A stretch of 64,000 bases of DNA from the sequence record MW481326.1. The stretch is one strand, 5' to 3'. The position numbers and the translations under genes were made by a program. Each line of letters starts with the position of its first letter. The first letter of the stretch is position 1. Positions 33,507-43,640 of the stretch are shown piece by piece. Below the pieces are notes generated by a model, which made no database searches, was not told the DNA's origin, and saw nothing but the letters and a program-made list of their open reading frames with translations. This DNA is from Escherichia phage vB_EcoM-Pr103Blw.

Positions 33507-34237
33507 AAAACTGGAATCTTCGTTGTGGAAAAACTCAAAAGCAACCTTACAGTGATGAGTATTGGGAATCTTTGAAATCTCAATCTCTATGTATGCTTGA
33601 AGAAGCAAAAGAGCTTGTAAAAGCAATTGAAGAGAAAGACCCCATTGAGACACTTGATGCTCAGGCAGATTTGCAATATGTTCTTGACGGTTTGATTTAT
33701 CTGTCACAACATGACCATAATGGTGCTATGGAAGCTGTTTGCCATAATAATGACCTGAAGTACACAGATGACTATGAAGAAGCTTTGAAACGTCTTGCAG
33801 ATATTGAGAAGCGTACTGGTCAAGAATGTATCATCAGAATGTCAGTAGTTGATGGTAAAGAGTGGTATGCAATTGTTCGTGCAGCAGATGGGAAGATTAT
33901 GAAGCAGTCTAATCTCCCTAAAGTGCAGCTTGGTGAATACATTGTAGAACTTGAAAGCCAAGAACTTTTTGTGGTAGTATCTGAGACATGCGTTATCTGC
34001 AAAGGTATTGTAGGTAGCTTAAAGGATTTGGGTGTAGATGGTTTTGTAGAAGTTAATCCAATTACCTCTAAAGCAGATAAAGATTTCTGTAAAGAGAATG
34101 GACTATGGATTGCAGATATTGTCTACTATGATGGTGAGGAGTTCCATGTAACCTCATACCCGAAACTGAATTATGATGCTAATAACCTGAAGTGCTGGTT
34201 AAAAGGGGTTGGTTATAATGGATTCACAGAACATTAA
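33482..34237 (+). CDS. hypothetical protein (weak MazG-like EExxE segment)
   Basis: 251 aa; LEEAKELVKAIEEKDPIETLDAQADL resembles all-alpha NTP pyrophosphohydrolase motif; weak. Confidence 0.4.
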   Translation: MFNSRESVKNWNLRCGKTQKQPYSDEYWESLKSQSLCMLEEAKELVKAIEEKDPIETLDAQADLQYVLDGLIYLSQHDHNGAMEAVCHNNDLKYTDDYEEALKRLADIEKRTGQECIIRMSVVDGKEWYAIVRAADGKIMKQSNLPKVQLGEYIVELESQELFVVVSETCVICKGIVGSLKDLGVDGFVEVNPITSKADKDFCKENGLWIADIVYYDGEEFHVTSYPKLNYDANNLKCWLKGVGYNGFTEH

Positions 34238-34541
34238 TAAAGAAGGTGTGGCTCAGAAGAGCCACTTCTCAAACTACAATATCTCTATGACGGTGTTTAT
34301 GAATGACCCGTTACTTGAGAAGTATGGTGAGACTCCAGATACACTTCTGGATAATGAACAAGTTTTAAAAGCAGTTCTGTACAAATACGGGATTGATATT
34401 GAGAAAGAGTATTCTTTTGAAATCTGTCAACACAGGAATACTTTTGGTAAAGTTGTAATGGCTCCACTCTTCATGGGTGTAGAAAGAACTGACTATGGTT
34501 GGCTATATCTAAAAAGAAACTTGGAGAAATACCGTGTCTAA
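34209..34541 (+). CDS. hypothetical protein
   Basis: 110 aa. Confidence 0.4.
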   Translation: MVIMDSQNINKEGVAQKSHFSNYNISMTVFMNDPLLEKYGETPDTLLDNEQVLKAVLYKYGIDIEKEYSFEICQHRNTFGKVVMAPLFMGVERTDYGWLYLKRNLEKYRV

Positions 34542-34866
34542 AGCAAAAAAGTTATCTTATGATGACATTATCTCAGGTGCTAAATTAGGTGTTGATAGTA
34601 TCGGACAAGATGTTAAGCACGGAGACACAGTTATGTACTGTGACGACCGAAGAGGCAGAAGTGCAATCTTGTTTGGAAGAGTTGTTTGCAAGATGCGAGG
34701 TAATTACGTTGTTGAAGACATGAATGTGGATGTCACAAAACAGCTTGAAATAATTATGAATAGTAATATATCATGGTTCGTCAATTGTATGCACACTTCG
34801 TCAGTCACAAAGGTAAGTGATAAGTTTTACGATATGTGGCAGAATGAGCAAATTTTCAAGATTTAA
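34534..34866 (+). CDS. hypothetical protein
   Basis: 110 aa, coupled. Confidence 0.45.
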   Translation: MSKAKKLSYDDIISGAKLGVDSIGQDVKHGDTVMYCDDRRGRSAILFGRVVCKMRGNYVVEDMNVDVTKQLEIIMNSNISWFVNCMHTSSVTKVSDKFYDMWQNEQIFKI

Positions 34867-34872
34867 ACTAGG

Positions 34873-34895
34873 GAGCCTCTTCGGAGGCTCTTCTC
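34873..34895 (+). terminator. terminator-like hairpin with UUCG loop
   Basis: GAGCCTC-ttcg-GAGGCTC then T-rich. Confidence 0.4.
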
Positions 34896-34912
34896 ATCTG
34901 TAGGATTCAAAA

Positions 34913-37147
34913 ATGATTAAGACAATTAAAAAATCAAACGGTACAGTAGTAAGCTTTGACCCAGAAAGACTGAATAAGTGGGCATCATGGGCAGATAAGC
35001 GTGGAATTATCTGGTCAGAAGTCACTATGGAAGCTATGAAGCGTGTCTATGAAGGTTGCACTACAAAAGAGATGCACCAAGCTATGATTGATGTTTGTGT
35101 TGATAAACAAACTCAAGAGTACTCAGACATGGCTGGACGGCTACTTCTGGGTATTATCTACAAAGAAGCCTTTGGAGGCTTTACTAAGGTTCCTACGCTG
35201 GTTACCTTCGTTAAAAATATGGAGAGAGCAGGGCTTTGGGAGAAGATGGACTATTCTCAGGAAGAGCTTGAATATCTGCAAGGGTACATTGTGCACTCAA
35301 AAGATATCTCTTACGGTTATGCAGTCCTGAAACAGTTCAGAGACAAGTATGGTATCCGTGATATTAAAACGGGAAGACTTTTTGAGTCACCACAATTTAT
35401 GTTTATGGGTATGGCTATGAAAGCCTTCGAGAAGCAACCAAAGCACCGCAGACTGCAAGATGTGATTAAGCTGTACACTTACCTGTCTGACCTGAAGATT
35501 AATGCTCCTACGCCTTATCTGAATGGTTTACGTGCTACTAAGTCAGGTTATGCGTCATGCTGTTTGATTAAGGCAAATGATACTGCTGAGTCACTTGGTA
35601 TTGCTGCAAAGGTTGCTTATGATATGACTACGAAGCAAGCTGGTATTGGTATGCTGATGGAGACTCGCACTATTGGTGATGGTATCCGTCAAAATACTAT
35701 TGAGCACATGGGTAAACTGCCTTATTACAAGCTTGTACGTTCATCTGTAGAGGCAAATAAACAGAAGAGTCGTGGTGGTTCAGCTAACAACTTCTACACC
35801 GCTCTAGACCCGCAGATTGAAGATTTACTACGTTTGAAGCACCCTACAACGGTTCCTTCTAAACGTATTAATGAGATGGACTACTCATTTGGTACAAATG
35901 ATTATTTCTGGCAGTGTGTTCAATATGATACAGATTGGTTGCTATTCTCTTACAAGGATGCGCCAAAACTTTATGATATGTTCTACACCGCATCTGCTGA
36001 TGAGTTCGCTATGGCAGTTGGTCACGCAGTACACTCTGGTGTTAAGCACAGACGAGTAAAGGCTCGTGAAATTGCTAAACTGTTTATCCAGCAGCGTTAC
36101 GCAACAGGTCGTGTGTATCCATTCTTCACAAATAATGCAAATACACATACACCATTTAAAGAACCTTTGAAGATGTCAAATCTTTGTATGGAAATTGTGT
36201 TGCCAGTGTACGGCTTTGAGAAAGAGACAGACCTTTACAGAGACGATGCTGTGAAGGAGGATGGTGAGGTAGCTCTTTGCTTCCTAGCTAGTTTGGTTGC
36301 AGGGAGAATTTCAGAAGATGAATACGCTGACGTTGCTTATTATGCTCTTGCAATGGTTGACTCCGTTATTGACCTTATGGATTATCCGTATCCGTCGATG
36401 CGTAACCATGTTCAGAAGCGTCGTTCTGTTGGGATTGGCCTTACAAATGTGGCTCATTACCTTGCGAAGAACTACGTGAACTACTCTTCAAGGGCTGGTA
36501 AGACAAAGCTTCACGAACTTGCAGAGATGCACTCTTACTATCTGCATGAAGCTTCTCTAAGACTTGCTAAAGAGCGTGGTGTACCTGAATACATGAAGTT
36601 CACTAAGTACCCTGAAGGATGGGTTCCTCCGAAGACAGCTAACAAGAAGATTGATGAGAAGCATGATGCAAAACTAAGATATGATTGGGATGACTTAGCA
36701 CAACGTATCAAAGAAAATGGTGGCATCCGAAACTCTGTACTTGAGGCTTATATGCCTAATGAGAGTTCTTCACTGGCAACTAATACGACAAATGGCTTGT
36801 ACCCAATTCGTGACTTTATTTTAACTAAAAAGTCTGCAACTGGTAACGTACTGTTTATTGTTCCAGATTATGAAGAGTTGAAGTATGTCTATGAAATTGC
36901 TTGGGATATTGACACCTTTGACCTGATTGATTGTTATGCAATTGTCCAAAAGTTCACTGGTCAAGCTATCTCTTCAGATTTCTATGTTGACTACGCAAAA
37001 GCTAAGAAGGTATCATTGGCTCAAGCTTTGAAGTATATGATTTATGCCAACTCGGTAGGTATGAAAACCATGTACTACCTTAACAGTCGCATCGGTGTAG
37101 GTAAGTCTGCACTGCAAGATGCTTATTGCGAGGGCTGTGGTGTTTAG
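34913..37147 (+). CDS. nrdA: ribonucleotide reductase class Ia large subunit
   Basis: 744 aa; N-terminal ATP-cone, active-site NLCMEIVLP region, C-terminal Cys pair (CEGCGV). Confidence 0.9.
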   Translation: MIKTIKKSNGTVVSFDPERLNKWASWADKRGIIWSEVTMEAMKRVYEGCTTKEMHQAMIDVCVDKQTQEYSDMAGRLLLGIIYKEAFGGFTKVPTLVTFVKNMERAGLWEKMDYSQEELEYLQGYIVHSKDISYGYAVLKQFRDKYGIRDIKTGRLFESPQFMFMGMAMKAFEKQPKHRRLQDVIKLYTYLSDLKINAPTPYLNGLRATKSGYASCCLIKANDTAESLGIAAKVAYDMTTKQAGIGMLMETRTIGDGIRQNTIEHMGKLPYYKLVRSSVEANKQKSRGGSANNFYTALDPQIEDLLRLKHPTTVPSKRINEMDYSFGTNDYFWQCVQYDTDWLLFSYKDAPKLYDMFYTASADEFAMAVGHAVHSGVKHRRVKAREIAKLFIQQRYATGRVYPFFTNNANTHTPFKEPLKMSNLCMEIVLPVYGFEKETDLYRDDAVKEDGEVALCFLASLVAGRISEDEYADVAYYALAMVDSVIDLMDYPYPSMRNHVQKRRSVGIGLTNVAHYLAKNYVNYSSRAGKTKLHELAEMHSYYLHEASLRLAKERGVPEYMKFTKYPEGWVPPKTANKKIDEKHDAKLRYDWDDLAQRIKENGGIRNSVLEAYMPNESSSLATNTTNGLYPIRDFILTKKSATGNVLFIVPDYEELKYVYEIAWDIDTFDLIDCYAIVQKFTGQAISSDFYVDYAKAKKVSLAQALKYMIYANSVGMKTMYYLNSRIGVGKSALQDAYCEGCGV

Positions 37148-37202
37148 TTTTAATAACTATGAGGGTCGTAAAAGACCCTCTAAAAATAACTTTGGAGAAA
37201 CT

Positions 37203-37460
37203 ATGAAAGATTTGATAGCAAACCATGAATGGCCTATATACTTGCTCCACAAACCTCGAAAAACGCTGTACTATGTGAGTAGCACAGACATGATGATAAA
37301 ACAAAATGATGACTCATGGGTCGATGGCGTCTCTTACATCTCTACAGCAGATGGTAAAATCTATGCAAGACCTTATGACATGTTTAATAAAGAAAATTGG
37401 GAAGTTTTAGGCAGAAAACAAGCCTTAGAGATGATAAAGAAAGGAGAAATCACATTATGA
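37203..37460 (+). CDS. hypothetical small protein between nrdA and nrdB
   Basis: Track ORF 37119..37460 begins inside nrdA; ATG 37203 with GGAGAAA SD follows hairpin GAGGGTC-gtaaaa-GACCCTC (37161-37180). Confidence 0.4.
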   Translation: MKDLIANHEWPIYLLHKPRKTLYYVSSTDMMIKQNDDSWVDGVSYISTADGKIYARPYDMFNKENWEVLGRKQALEMIKKGEITL

Positions 37461-38530
37461 TTAACCAACACCCAATCTTTTTAGGTGGTGAGAGAAAGAC
37501 ATTTGACTCACTTAACAAGCACTACCCAAAAATCTTTGAGCTATATAAACAACAAAAAGCGCAAGACTGGTCAGAAGATGAGTTCCCTTTTGAACAATCA
37601 CGTCTTGATTTTGAGAGTGTGCCAGCATCAATGTCAGGTGTAATGCTTGAGATTCTTAAGTGGCAGTGGGAAGCAGATACCCAAGTTGCTAAGAGTTTAG
37701 CGTTTGCTTTTGCACCATTCATCTCTGATGACATTTATGCAACTGCAATTATGAAGCAGTCTGAGATTGAAAACTTACATGCTCTGACTTACTCAGAGAT
37801 TGTAAGGCAATGTATTAAAAACCCTGAAACAATCTTAGATGAGATTAACCAGAACATTGCTGTACAAGACCGATTAAAAACTGTGAACCGTGTTCTTGAA
37901 GAATTGCTGGGTGAAGGTATAAACTATCGACTGAGTTATGTCCGTGACTCACTTCTGGACAAAGACCCTTTACACTTTCATAAAGTGATTCTGAAAGGTC
38001 TATTTGCAGTGACTGCACTGGAAGGTATATCTTTTATGGCATCCTTTGCATGTACTTTTGCACTTGATGCTCAAGATAAATTTCAGGGTATTGCTCAAGC
38101 TGTCCAGAAAATTATGCTTGATGAAATCCTTCACACTAAAATTGATATTGAAGTTTTAAAAGAAACTTTAAGAGATGATGAGTGGCAAAAAGCTTTCCAA
38201 CAAATTCTTCCAGAGATTAAAGTAATCTTAGATGAAGTAGTTGAAAGTGAAGAAAAATGGTCGTATTATATCTTCTCCGAAGGACGTGCTGTAGTTGGTT
38301 TAAATACAAAGCTTCTTCATGAGTGGGTTTACTATAATGCTGCCCCACTGTATGATATGTTTGGCATTCCCAGAGATTTTGTAGCTCCTAAAGAACCACC
38401 TTTGAAGTATATGATTAAGAAGATGGAAATTGATAAAGAGCAGAATGCTAATCAGGAGCAACAGAACGGTGCGTATTTATTGAATACTGTTGTAGATGAT
38501 TTGAATAGTGGATTTTTAGAGGTTCCTTAA
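37457..38530 (+). CDS. nrdB: ribonucleotide reductase class Ia small subunit
   Basis: ATG 37457 (AAGGAGAAA SD, ATGA overlap); ferritin-like diiron protein size/position. Confidence 0.85.
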   Translation: MINQHPIFLGGERKTFDSLNKHYPKIFELYKQQKAQDWSEDEFPFEQSRLDFESVPASMSGVMLEILKWQWEADTQVAKSLAFAFAPFISDDIYATAIMKQSEIENLHALTYSEIVRQCIKNPETILDEINQNIAVQDRLKTVNRVLEELLGEGINYRLSYVRDSLLDKDPLHFHKVILKGLFAVTALEGISFMASFACTFALDAQDKFQGIAQAVQKIMLDEILHTKIDIEVLKETLRDDEWQKAFQQILPEIKVILDEVVESEEKWSYYIFSEGRAVVGLNTKLLHEWVYYNAAPLYDMFGIPRDFVAPKEPPLKYMIKKMEIDKEQNANQEQQNGAYLLNTVVDDLNSGFLEVP

Positions 38531-38772
38531 TGACTTATGTAATTTACTCCAAAACTGGATGCCCTCAGTGTGAGACTGCAAAGAATTTTGCGAAAGCTCG
38601 TGGTATTGACCATGTTGTGAGAATGTTAGGGCAGGATTATGAACTGTCAGACCTGATGGATATTGCACAGATGCCAGTTCGTCAGATGCCATTCATCATG
38701 AAAACTGACGGTCAAAACTTAAAACCTGTTGGAACGCTACAGAATTTTATGGCAGAGGTGAATAATGCTTAA
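38530..38772 (+). CDS. nrdH: glutaredoxin-like protein (NrdH-type)
   Basis: 80 aa with CPQC redox motif at N-terminus, directly after nrdB. Confidence 0.7.
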   Translation: MTYVIYSKTGCPQCETAKNFAKARGIDHVVRMLGQDYELSDLMDIAQMPVRQMPFIMKTDGQNLKPVGTLQNFMAEVNNA

Positions 38773-38971
38773 ACGCCTTTTGGAAGGTTTGGTTGTTGAT
38801 GCACCAGCCATTGTGATTGGTATGCTTGTTGTTAACCTATTTACTGATTTTGAACAAGGTTCATTGTTTGGAGCCATGCTATTATGGGTTATCTTTGAAA
38901 TATTAGAGATACAGCTAGGCATCACTGAAAAACTAAGAAAACTCGTTTCAAAGTTTTCTAAAAAGATTTAA
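38765..38971 (+). CDS. small membrane protein
   Basis: 68 aa, two hydrophobic stretches. Confidence 0.4.
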   Translation: MLKRLLEGLVVDAPAIVIGMLVVNLFTDFEQGSLFGAMLLWVIFEILEIQLGITEKLRKLVSKFSKKI

Positions 38972-38976
38972 AATGA

Positions 38977-39000
38977 AAGGGTCTCTTCGGAGACCTTTTT
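38977..39000 (+). terminator. rho-independent terminator
   Basis: GGTCTC-ttcg-GAGACC followed by TTTTT. Confidence 0.6.
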
Positions 39001-39019
39001 AGCATGTAAAGGGGCAATA

Positions 39020-41164
39020 ATGAACAAAGTACAGATTATTAAAAAGAATGGCTCACTTGAAGAACCGGATATCAAAAAAGTTTTAGCAGCAGTAACTAAG
39101 TCAGCTAACAGGGTTGGGTATAAAGAACTCCCACCAGATGTTACCCAAGCTCTTGAGTCAGCATTTATGAGGCTTCTGGTGAAGTCCACTAAGCAGAATA
39201 ATTTGCTCATCTCGGTAAATGACATTCACAGTATTGTTGAGGGTGCTTTGGCAGAAGTCAATCACGAGATTTACGAGTCTTACTCAACATATAGAAATTA
39301 CCGTAAAGAGGTTGCTCAAAATTGGGATGAGCTTTACCAAAAGACTAGAGACACACTCTTCTTAGGTGACCGTGAAAATGCCAACTTTGACAGCAGTTTA
39401 ATTTCTACAAAAGGTTCAATTATTCGTGGTTATCTGACTAAAGAAATCTTTAAACAATACCATTTAACACCAGAGGAACTCGAAGCCATTGAAAAAGGGT
39501 TTATCTACATCCATGACTTAAGAGACCTAATCTTTGGTGGTATTAACTGTTGCCTGTTTGACATTGGTAAAGTACTGAAAGGTGGCTTTGAGATGTCTGG
39601 CATCGAATACTGTGAACCGAAGTCTGTACTGTCAGCCTTACAAGTTATCGGTGATGTAGTTCTTTCAGCAACTGCACAGCAATTTGGTGGATTTACTTTA
39701 GCAGAGATTGATAAGGTACTTGTACCGTATGCTAAGAAGTCTCTACGCTATCATGCTGAGAAAGCAGCATCTTATGGTATTCCTAAAGAACATTACCATA
39801 ATTATGTCATGGAGCAGTTACAGATTGAATTAACTCAAGGTTTTCAGTCACTTGAAATGAAACTGAACACTGTACCTTGCAGCCGTGGTGATTTCGCATT
39901 CACAACTTTGACATTCGGACTACTTGACTCAGATATGTCTAATGAAGACAACCGACTACAATACATGATTGCAAGCACTCTCCTAGATGTTCGTATGAAT
40001 GGACAAGGTAAGAGCAAGAAGCCTGTTGTATTCCCTAAACTTGTTTATATCTACGACCAGAAGAGACATGATGAAAATATCTGTCAAGGTCACCTGTACA
40101 GTAAAGCTATCGAGTGTTGCTCTAAAGCAATGTATCCAGATTTCTTAAGTGTATCTGGTCACGGTGCTGTAGCAGAGGCTTTTGAGCGTTCTGGTAAGGT
40201 AATTTCACCGATGGGTTGCAGAGCTTTCTTGTCTCCATATCTTAACGATGATGGGGGAGAGTTCTACGTTGGTCGTGCTAACATTGGTGCTGTGTCTTTG
40301 AACTTGCCAATGATTTACCAGTATTCTAAAGAGAATGGTTTAGATTTCTGGAAAGAGCTTGATAAGTACCTAGAGATGATTCGCAGCTTCCACAAGAAAC
40401 GCTACGAAATGATTGCTAATATGCCAGCAAGTTCTAACCCTCTTGCATTCACACAAGGTGGTCTGTACAAAGGTACTAAGAAATCTACTGACAAGGTTGG
40501 CTGGGATATCGTGAAGTCCTTCACAGCTTCTTTTGGGGTTACCGCACTGGATGAGTTATCTGTTCTTGCTGAAGGTAAACGACTTCATGAAGTTGGAAGC
40601 TATAGTTTTGCATACGATGTTCTGGCATACATCAACATGAAAACTGAAGAGTTTAAAAATGAAGATGGATTCTTATATGCTGTCTATGGTACTCCAGCAG
40701 AATCACTTTGTGGAACTCAGCTAAAACAGTTCAGAGATATGTTTGGCGTTATTAAAGGCGTTTCTGACAAGGAATACTTTACAAACAGTTTCCATATGAA
40801 TGTTGCAGCAGACATCTCACCATTTGAGAAGCAGGACTTAGAAGAGCCATTCTTCCATATCTGTAGAGGTGGCAGAATCCAGTATGTCAGAGTAGCTAAC
40901 CCAGAAAACTTAACAGCACTTAAAAGCTGTATTACAAGAGGCATGTTGAAAGGTTTTTATCAGGGACTTAACTTTGACTTAGCAATCTGTGAGCATTGTG
41001 GTAACAGACCAAAGGCTGATGTTGAAGAGTGTGAGGTTTGCCATTCACATGATATTTCTGTGATTAACAGGGTGTGTGGGTATCTTGGATGGACTAAGAT
41101 TAAAGGTGAATCCCGAATGAACGATGCAAAAATCGCTGAGATTCGTGATAGAGTCTCTATGTAA
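39020..41164 (+). CDS. nrdD: anaerobic ribonucleoside-triphosphate reductase
   Basis: 714 aa; C-terminal Cys cluster (CEHCGN...CEVCHS) and glycyl-radical motif RVCGYLG. Confidence 0.9.
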   Translation: MNKVQIIKKNGSLEEPDIKKVLAAVTKSANRVGYKELPPDVTQALESAFMRLLVKSTKQNNLLISVNDIHSIVEGALAEVNHEIYESYSTYRNYRKEVAQNWDELYQKTRDTLFLGDRENANFDSSLISTKGSIIRGYLTKEIFKQYHLTPEELEAIEKGFIYIHDLRDLIFGGINCCLFDIGKVLKGGFEMSGIEYCEPKSVLSALQVIGDVVLSATAQQFGGFTLAEIDKVLVPYAKKSLRYHAEKAASYGIPKEHYHNYVMEQLQIELTQGFQSLEMKLNTVPCSRGDFAFTTLTFGLLDSDMSNEDNRLQYMIASTLLDVRMNGQGKSKKPVVFPKLVYIYDQKRHDENICQGHLYSKAIECCSKAMYPDFLSVSGHGAVAEAFERSGKVISPMGCRAFLSPYLNDDGGEFYVGRANIGAVSLNLPMIYQYSKENGLDFWKELDKYLEMIRSFHKKRYEMIANMPASSNPLAFTQGGLYKGTKKSTDKVGWDIVKSFTASFGVTALDELSVLAEGKRLHEVGSYSFAYDVLAYINMKTEEFKNEDGFLYAVYGTPAESLCGTQLKQFRDMFGVIKGVSDKEYFTNSFHMNVAADISPFEKQDLEEPFFHICRGGRIQYVRVANPENLTALKSCITRGMLKGFYQGLNFDLAICEHCGNRPKADVEECEVCHSHDISVINRVCGYLGWTKIKGESRMNDAKIAEIRDRVSM

Positions 41165-41173
41165 AACTTGACA

Positions 41174-41213
41174 AGGTGATGTGGGTCTTGATAGGCTTAC
41201 ATCACCTTTTTTA
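41174..41213 (+). terminator. rho-independent terminator
   Basis: AGGTGATGT ... ACATCACCT stem followed by TTTTTT. Confidence 0.55.
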
Positions 41214-41318
41214 TTGGATGTTAGATATGGCAGAGAGTATTATTGGGTTGTTCATAGGTTCTGTCTTACTAGGGTTCTTTTTAGGACTCTCTTATTGTGA
41301 GTTGAGAGGTAAGTTAAA

Positions 41319-41519
41319 ATGTTTAAAATATCAAAAGCGATGATATACATACTCCACATCCTAATCTTCTTCTTTGGGGTTAGCGTTATGGTATGGGGCT
41401 TTTCAGACCCACAATGGAGTTTCTCATATCATGGTCAGATGGATTTATGGTCATGCTTCAAACCATTTTTAGGGTTAGCTATAGCATTCAGCGCATTGCC
41501 AACTAAGGTGAAATTATGA
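41319..41519 (+). CDS. small membrane protein
   Basis: 66 aa, GAGAGG SD; hydrophobic; an overlapping 38-aa ORF at 41227..41343 is an alternative. Confidence 0.35.
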   Translation: MFKISKAMIYILHILIFFFGVSVMVWGFSDPQWSFSYHGQMDLWSCFKPFLGLAIAFSALPTKVKL

Positions 41520-41911
41520 TTAAGTTGAACCAAAAACAGTTAGAGTGGATTAAAGATTACGCTTCAGAGTGTGGCTCTTGTGAAAAGAATCACGTAAGAT
41601 ACTCAACATTCCGCACGACCTTTACATTGTACATCAGTGACAACGTTCTAAGTGATTCCGTAGAAGATGGTGCAGCGTTGCCTAATGAGTTGCTTGACAA
41701 ATTAGTTGTAGTCACTGGAACTTGGTCTGAAGAAGACGGTCACGAATTATCTAACGATGTTGTCTTCTACAGTATTGAAAACATTATGAATCCAGAGTAC
41801 ATTATGTTAATAACTTGTGCACAAGACTGTGTGCCATTGCAAAACTTCATTAAAGAGCACTGTGAAGAGTTTATTACTAAACTGGTTCCTTATCAGGTGG
41901 TGTTTGAATGA
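41516..41911 (+). CDS. hypothetical protein
   Basis: 131 aa, ATGA-coupled. Confidence 0.45.
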   Translation: MIKLNQKQLEWIKDYASECGSCEKNHVRYSTFRTTFTLYISDNVLSDSVEDGAALPNELLDKLVVVTGTWSEEDGHELSNDVVFYSIENIMNPEYIMLITCAQDCVPLQNFIKEHCEEFITKLVPYQVVFE

Positions 41912-42207
41912 GTAAAACAATTCGAAGAAAAGGTTTAAAGAACGTTCATGGACTCTATGAGTGGAGAAATGAGGTACGTAACAGAGAAAATGCTTCAGAT
42001 GTCTACTTCCATTCTGATATGATGTCCAGAAAAGGTGGCTCTTATGACTTTACAAGTCAGCCGTGTAGAGAGATTAAGAAGGCTACTAAACGTCTTACAA
42101 GAACACAAATAAGGCAGCTTTCTAAGACATCCTTCTTAGATGAAGACTTTGACATTGACAGTAAGTCTCCAAAGAAAGCTGCTCAGAACACTTATATGTA
42201 TTGGTGA
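41908..42207 (+). CDS. hypothetical protein
   Basis: 99 aa, basic. Confidence 0.45.
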   Translation: MSKTIRRKGLKNVHGLYEWRNEVRNRENASDVYFHSDMMSRKGGSYDFTSQPCREIKKATKRLTRTQIRQLSKTSFLDEDFDIDSKSPKKAAQNTYMYW

Positions 42208-42216
42208 GGTAACTAG

Positions 42217-42702
42217 ATGAATTACATGGAGATTCGACCATTTGACACAGCTAATGGTGAAGGGGTTCGTGTAAGCCTCTTCGTAGCTGGTTGTAAGCAT
42301 CACTGTGAAGGCTGCTTTAACAGGGAGTCTTGGAAGTTTAATGCTGGTAAAGAGTTTACTTATGCAAACCTCTACGGCATCATCAAGCTAATGGATGATA
42401 AGGCCATCAGTGGGCTGTCAATACTTGGTGGGGAGCCTCTGGATGACAGAAATATTCAAGAGGTCACCAACATATGCAAACGTGTTAAAACTGTTTACCC
42501 AGAAAAGTCTATATGGCTTTGGACAGGTTTTCAGTTACACGAAAAAATTCACCTAGATGTGATGAAATATATTGACGTGGTGATTGATGGTAAGTATGAT
42601 GCTTCTAAACCAACAGTTAAACCATATCGTGGTTCTGATAACCAAAACCTCTGGAGAAAAGAGTATGGGTGGCAAGGTGATTGTCAATGGCGAGCAGAGT
42701 AA
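42217..42702 (+). CDS. nrdG: anaerobic RNR activating protein (radical SAM)
   Basis: 161 aa with CKHHCEGCFN (CxxxCxxC radical-SAM cluster). Confidence 0.8.
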   Translation: MNYMEIRPFDTANGEGVRVSLFVAGCKHHCEGCFNRESWKFNAGKEFTYANLYGIIKLMDDKAISGLSILGGEPLDDRNIQEVTNICKRVKTVYPEKSIWLWTGFQLHEKIHLDVMKYIDVVIDGKYDASKPTVKPYRGSDNQNLWRKEYGWQGDCQWRAE

Positions 42703-42739
42703 ATCTCGTCGTAAAATTGGCTACGGAAAAGGTGAGATA

Positions 42740-43042
42740 ATGATTATCTCTTTTAATAGTGCTTTATTAGGCACTTATAAGGTTAAGACTGAACTCCTTG
42801 ATGAGTGGAAAAAGTATACAAACTCACTTTTTGGTAATGTTGGAATGGAAGCCTTAGCAGAGATTGAGAAGGCTGGAATATTCGAAGTTGTTGGTAAAGG
42901 CCACTTTACAATGTTCTACAGAACAAACCTAAACGTTGGTGACAGTATTGTTGGTGTCACTGAAGAAGAACTTAAAACATTTTGTGAAAAGATTGAGAGA
43001 GATACGAAATGGGAATCTGGAACAGTTTTAAATCAAAAATAA
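42740..43042 (+). CDS. hypothetical protein
   Basis: Track ORF 42584.. overlaps nrdG; ATG 42740 with GGTGAG SD is first start after nrdG stop. Confidence 0.35.
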   Translation: MIISFNSALLGTYKVKTELLDEWKKYTNSLFGNVGMEALAEIEKAGIFEVVGKGHFTMFYRTNLNVGDSIVGVTEEELKTFCEKIERDTKWESGTVLNQK

Positions 43043-43266
43043 AAGCAGCACTGGCATCACTAGGTATGCTCACTGGTGTTGACGTTACTCATCTCATGCA
43101 GAACTTCAAGATGGATGAGAAACTAGCTAATGAGATTATGGAAAGCATCTATGTAGGTCGTGGTAAAGGTGGTAAAAAACAAGCACATCGACCAACTGGT
43201 GCAGCAGCAATTAAACGTGCAGCTAAGAAAGCTCGTAACCGTAAACGTAACAAGAAGGCTAAATAA
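43009..43266 (+). CDS. small basic protein
   Basis: 85 aa, C-terminal KRAAKKARNRKRNKKAK. Confidence 0.4.
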   Translation: MGIWNSFKSKIKAALASLGMLTGVDVTHLMQNFKMDEKLANEIMESIYVGRGKGGKKQAHRPTGAAAIKRAAKKARNRKRNKKAK

Positions 43267-43268
43267 TC

Positions 43269-43589
43269 ATGAGCAAAGTTTATAACACTCGTAAATTACA
43301 GATTTTCGTACTGTGCCAGTTTATGGCTAAAGAGTATAACTACTACTACTGTGGCACAGGATTCATTAGTGATGATGACGGCTCATATCTACCATTCAAA
43401 GAGGCTGTAAAACTCTTCAATGAAGAGAAAAGCTCTAAGAAAGATATTGAAAAGGTTAAGCTAACCTACAGCAAGAAAGATAAGAAGATTATCTGCCTAG
43501 ATAACTTTGTAAAAGTTACTGGAGAAGCAAAAGAGTTTATGGATGAGAGTGAAATCTCGTTCACAAGTATCTTGAAAGTAGCTCAGTAA
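43269..43589 (+). CDS. hypothetical protein
   Basis: 106 aa. Confidence 0.45.
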   Translation: MSKVYNTRKLQIFVLCQFMAKEYNYYYCGTGFISDDDGSYLPFKEAVKLFNEEKSSKKDIEKVKLTYSKKDKKIICLDNFVKVTGEAKEFMDESEISFTSILKVAQ

Positions 43590-43601
43590 ACAGATACTAT
43601 A

Positions 43602-43630
43602 AGGGAACTGCAAAGGTTCCCTTTTTATTT
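43602..43630 (+). terminator. rho-independent terminator
   Basis: GGGAAC-tgcaaag-GTTCCC followed by TTTTTATTTT. Confidence 0.6.
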
Positions 43631-43640
43631 TGGAGACAAT

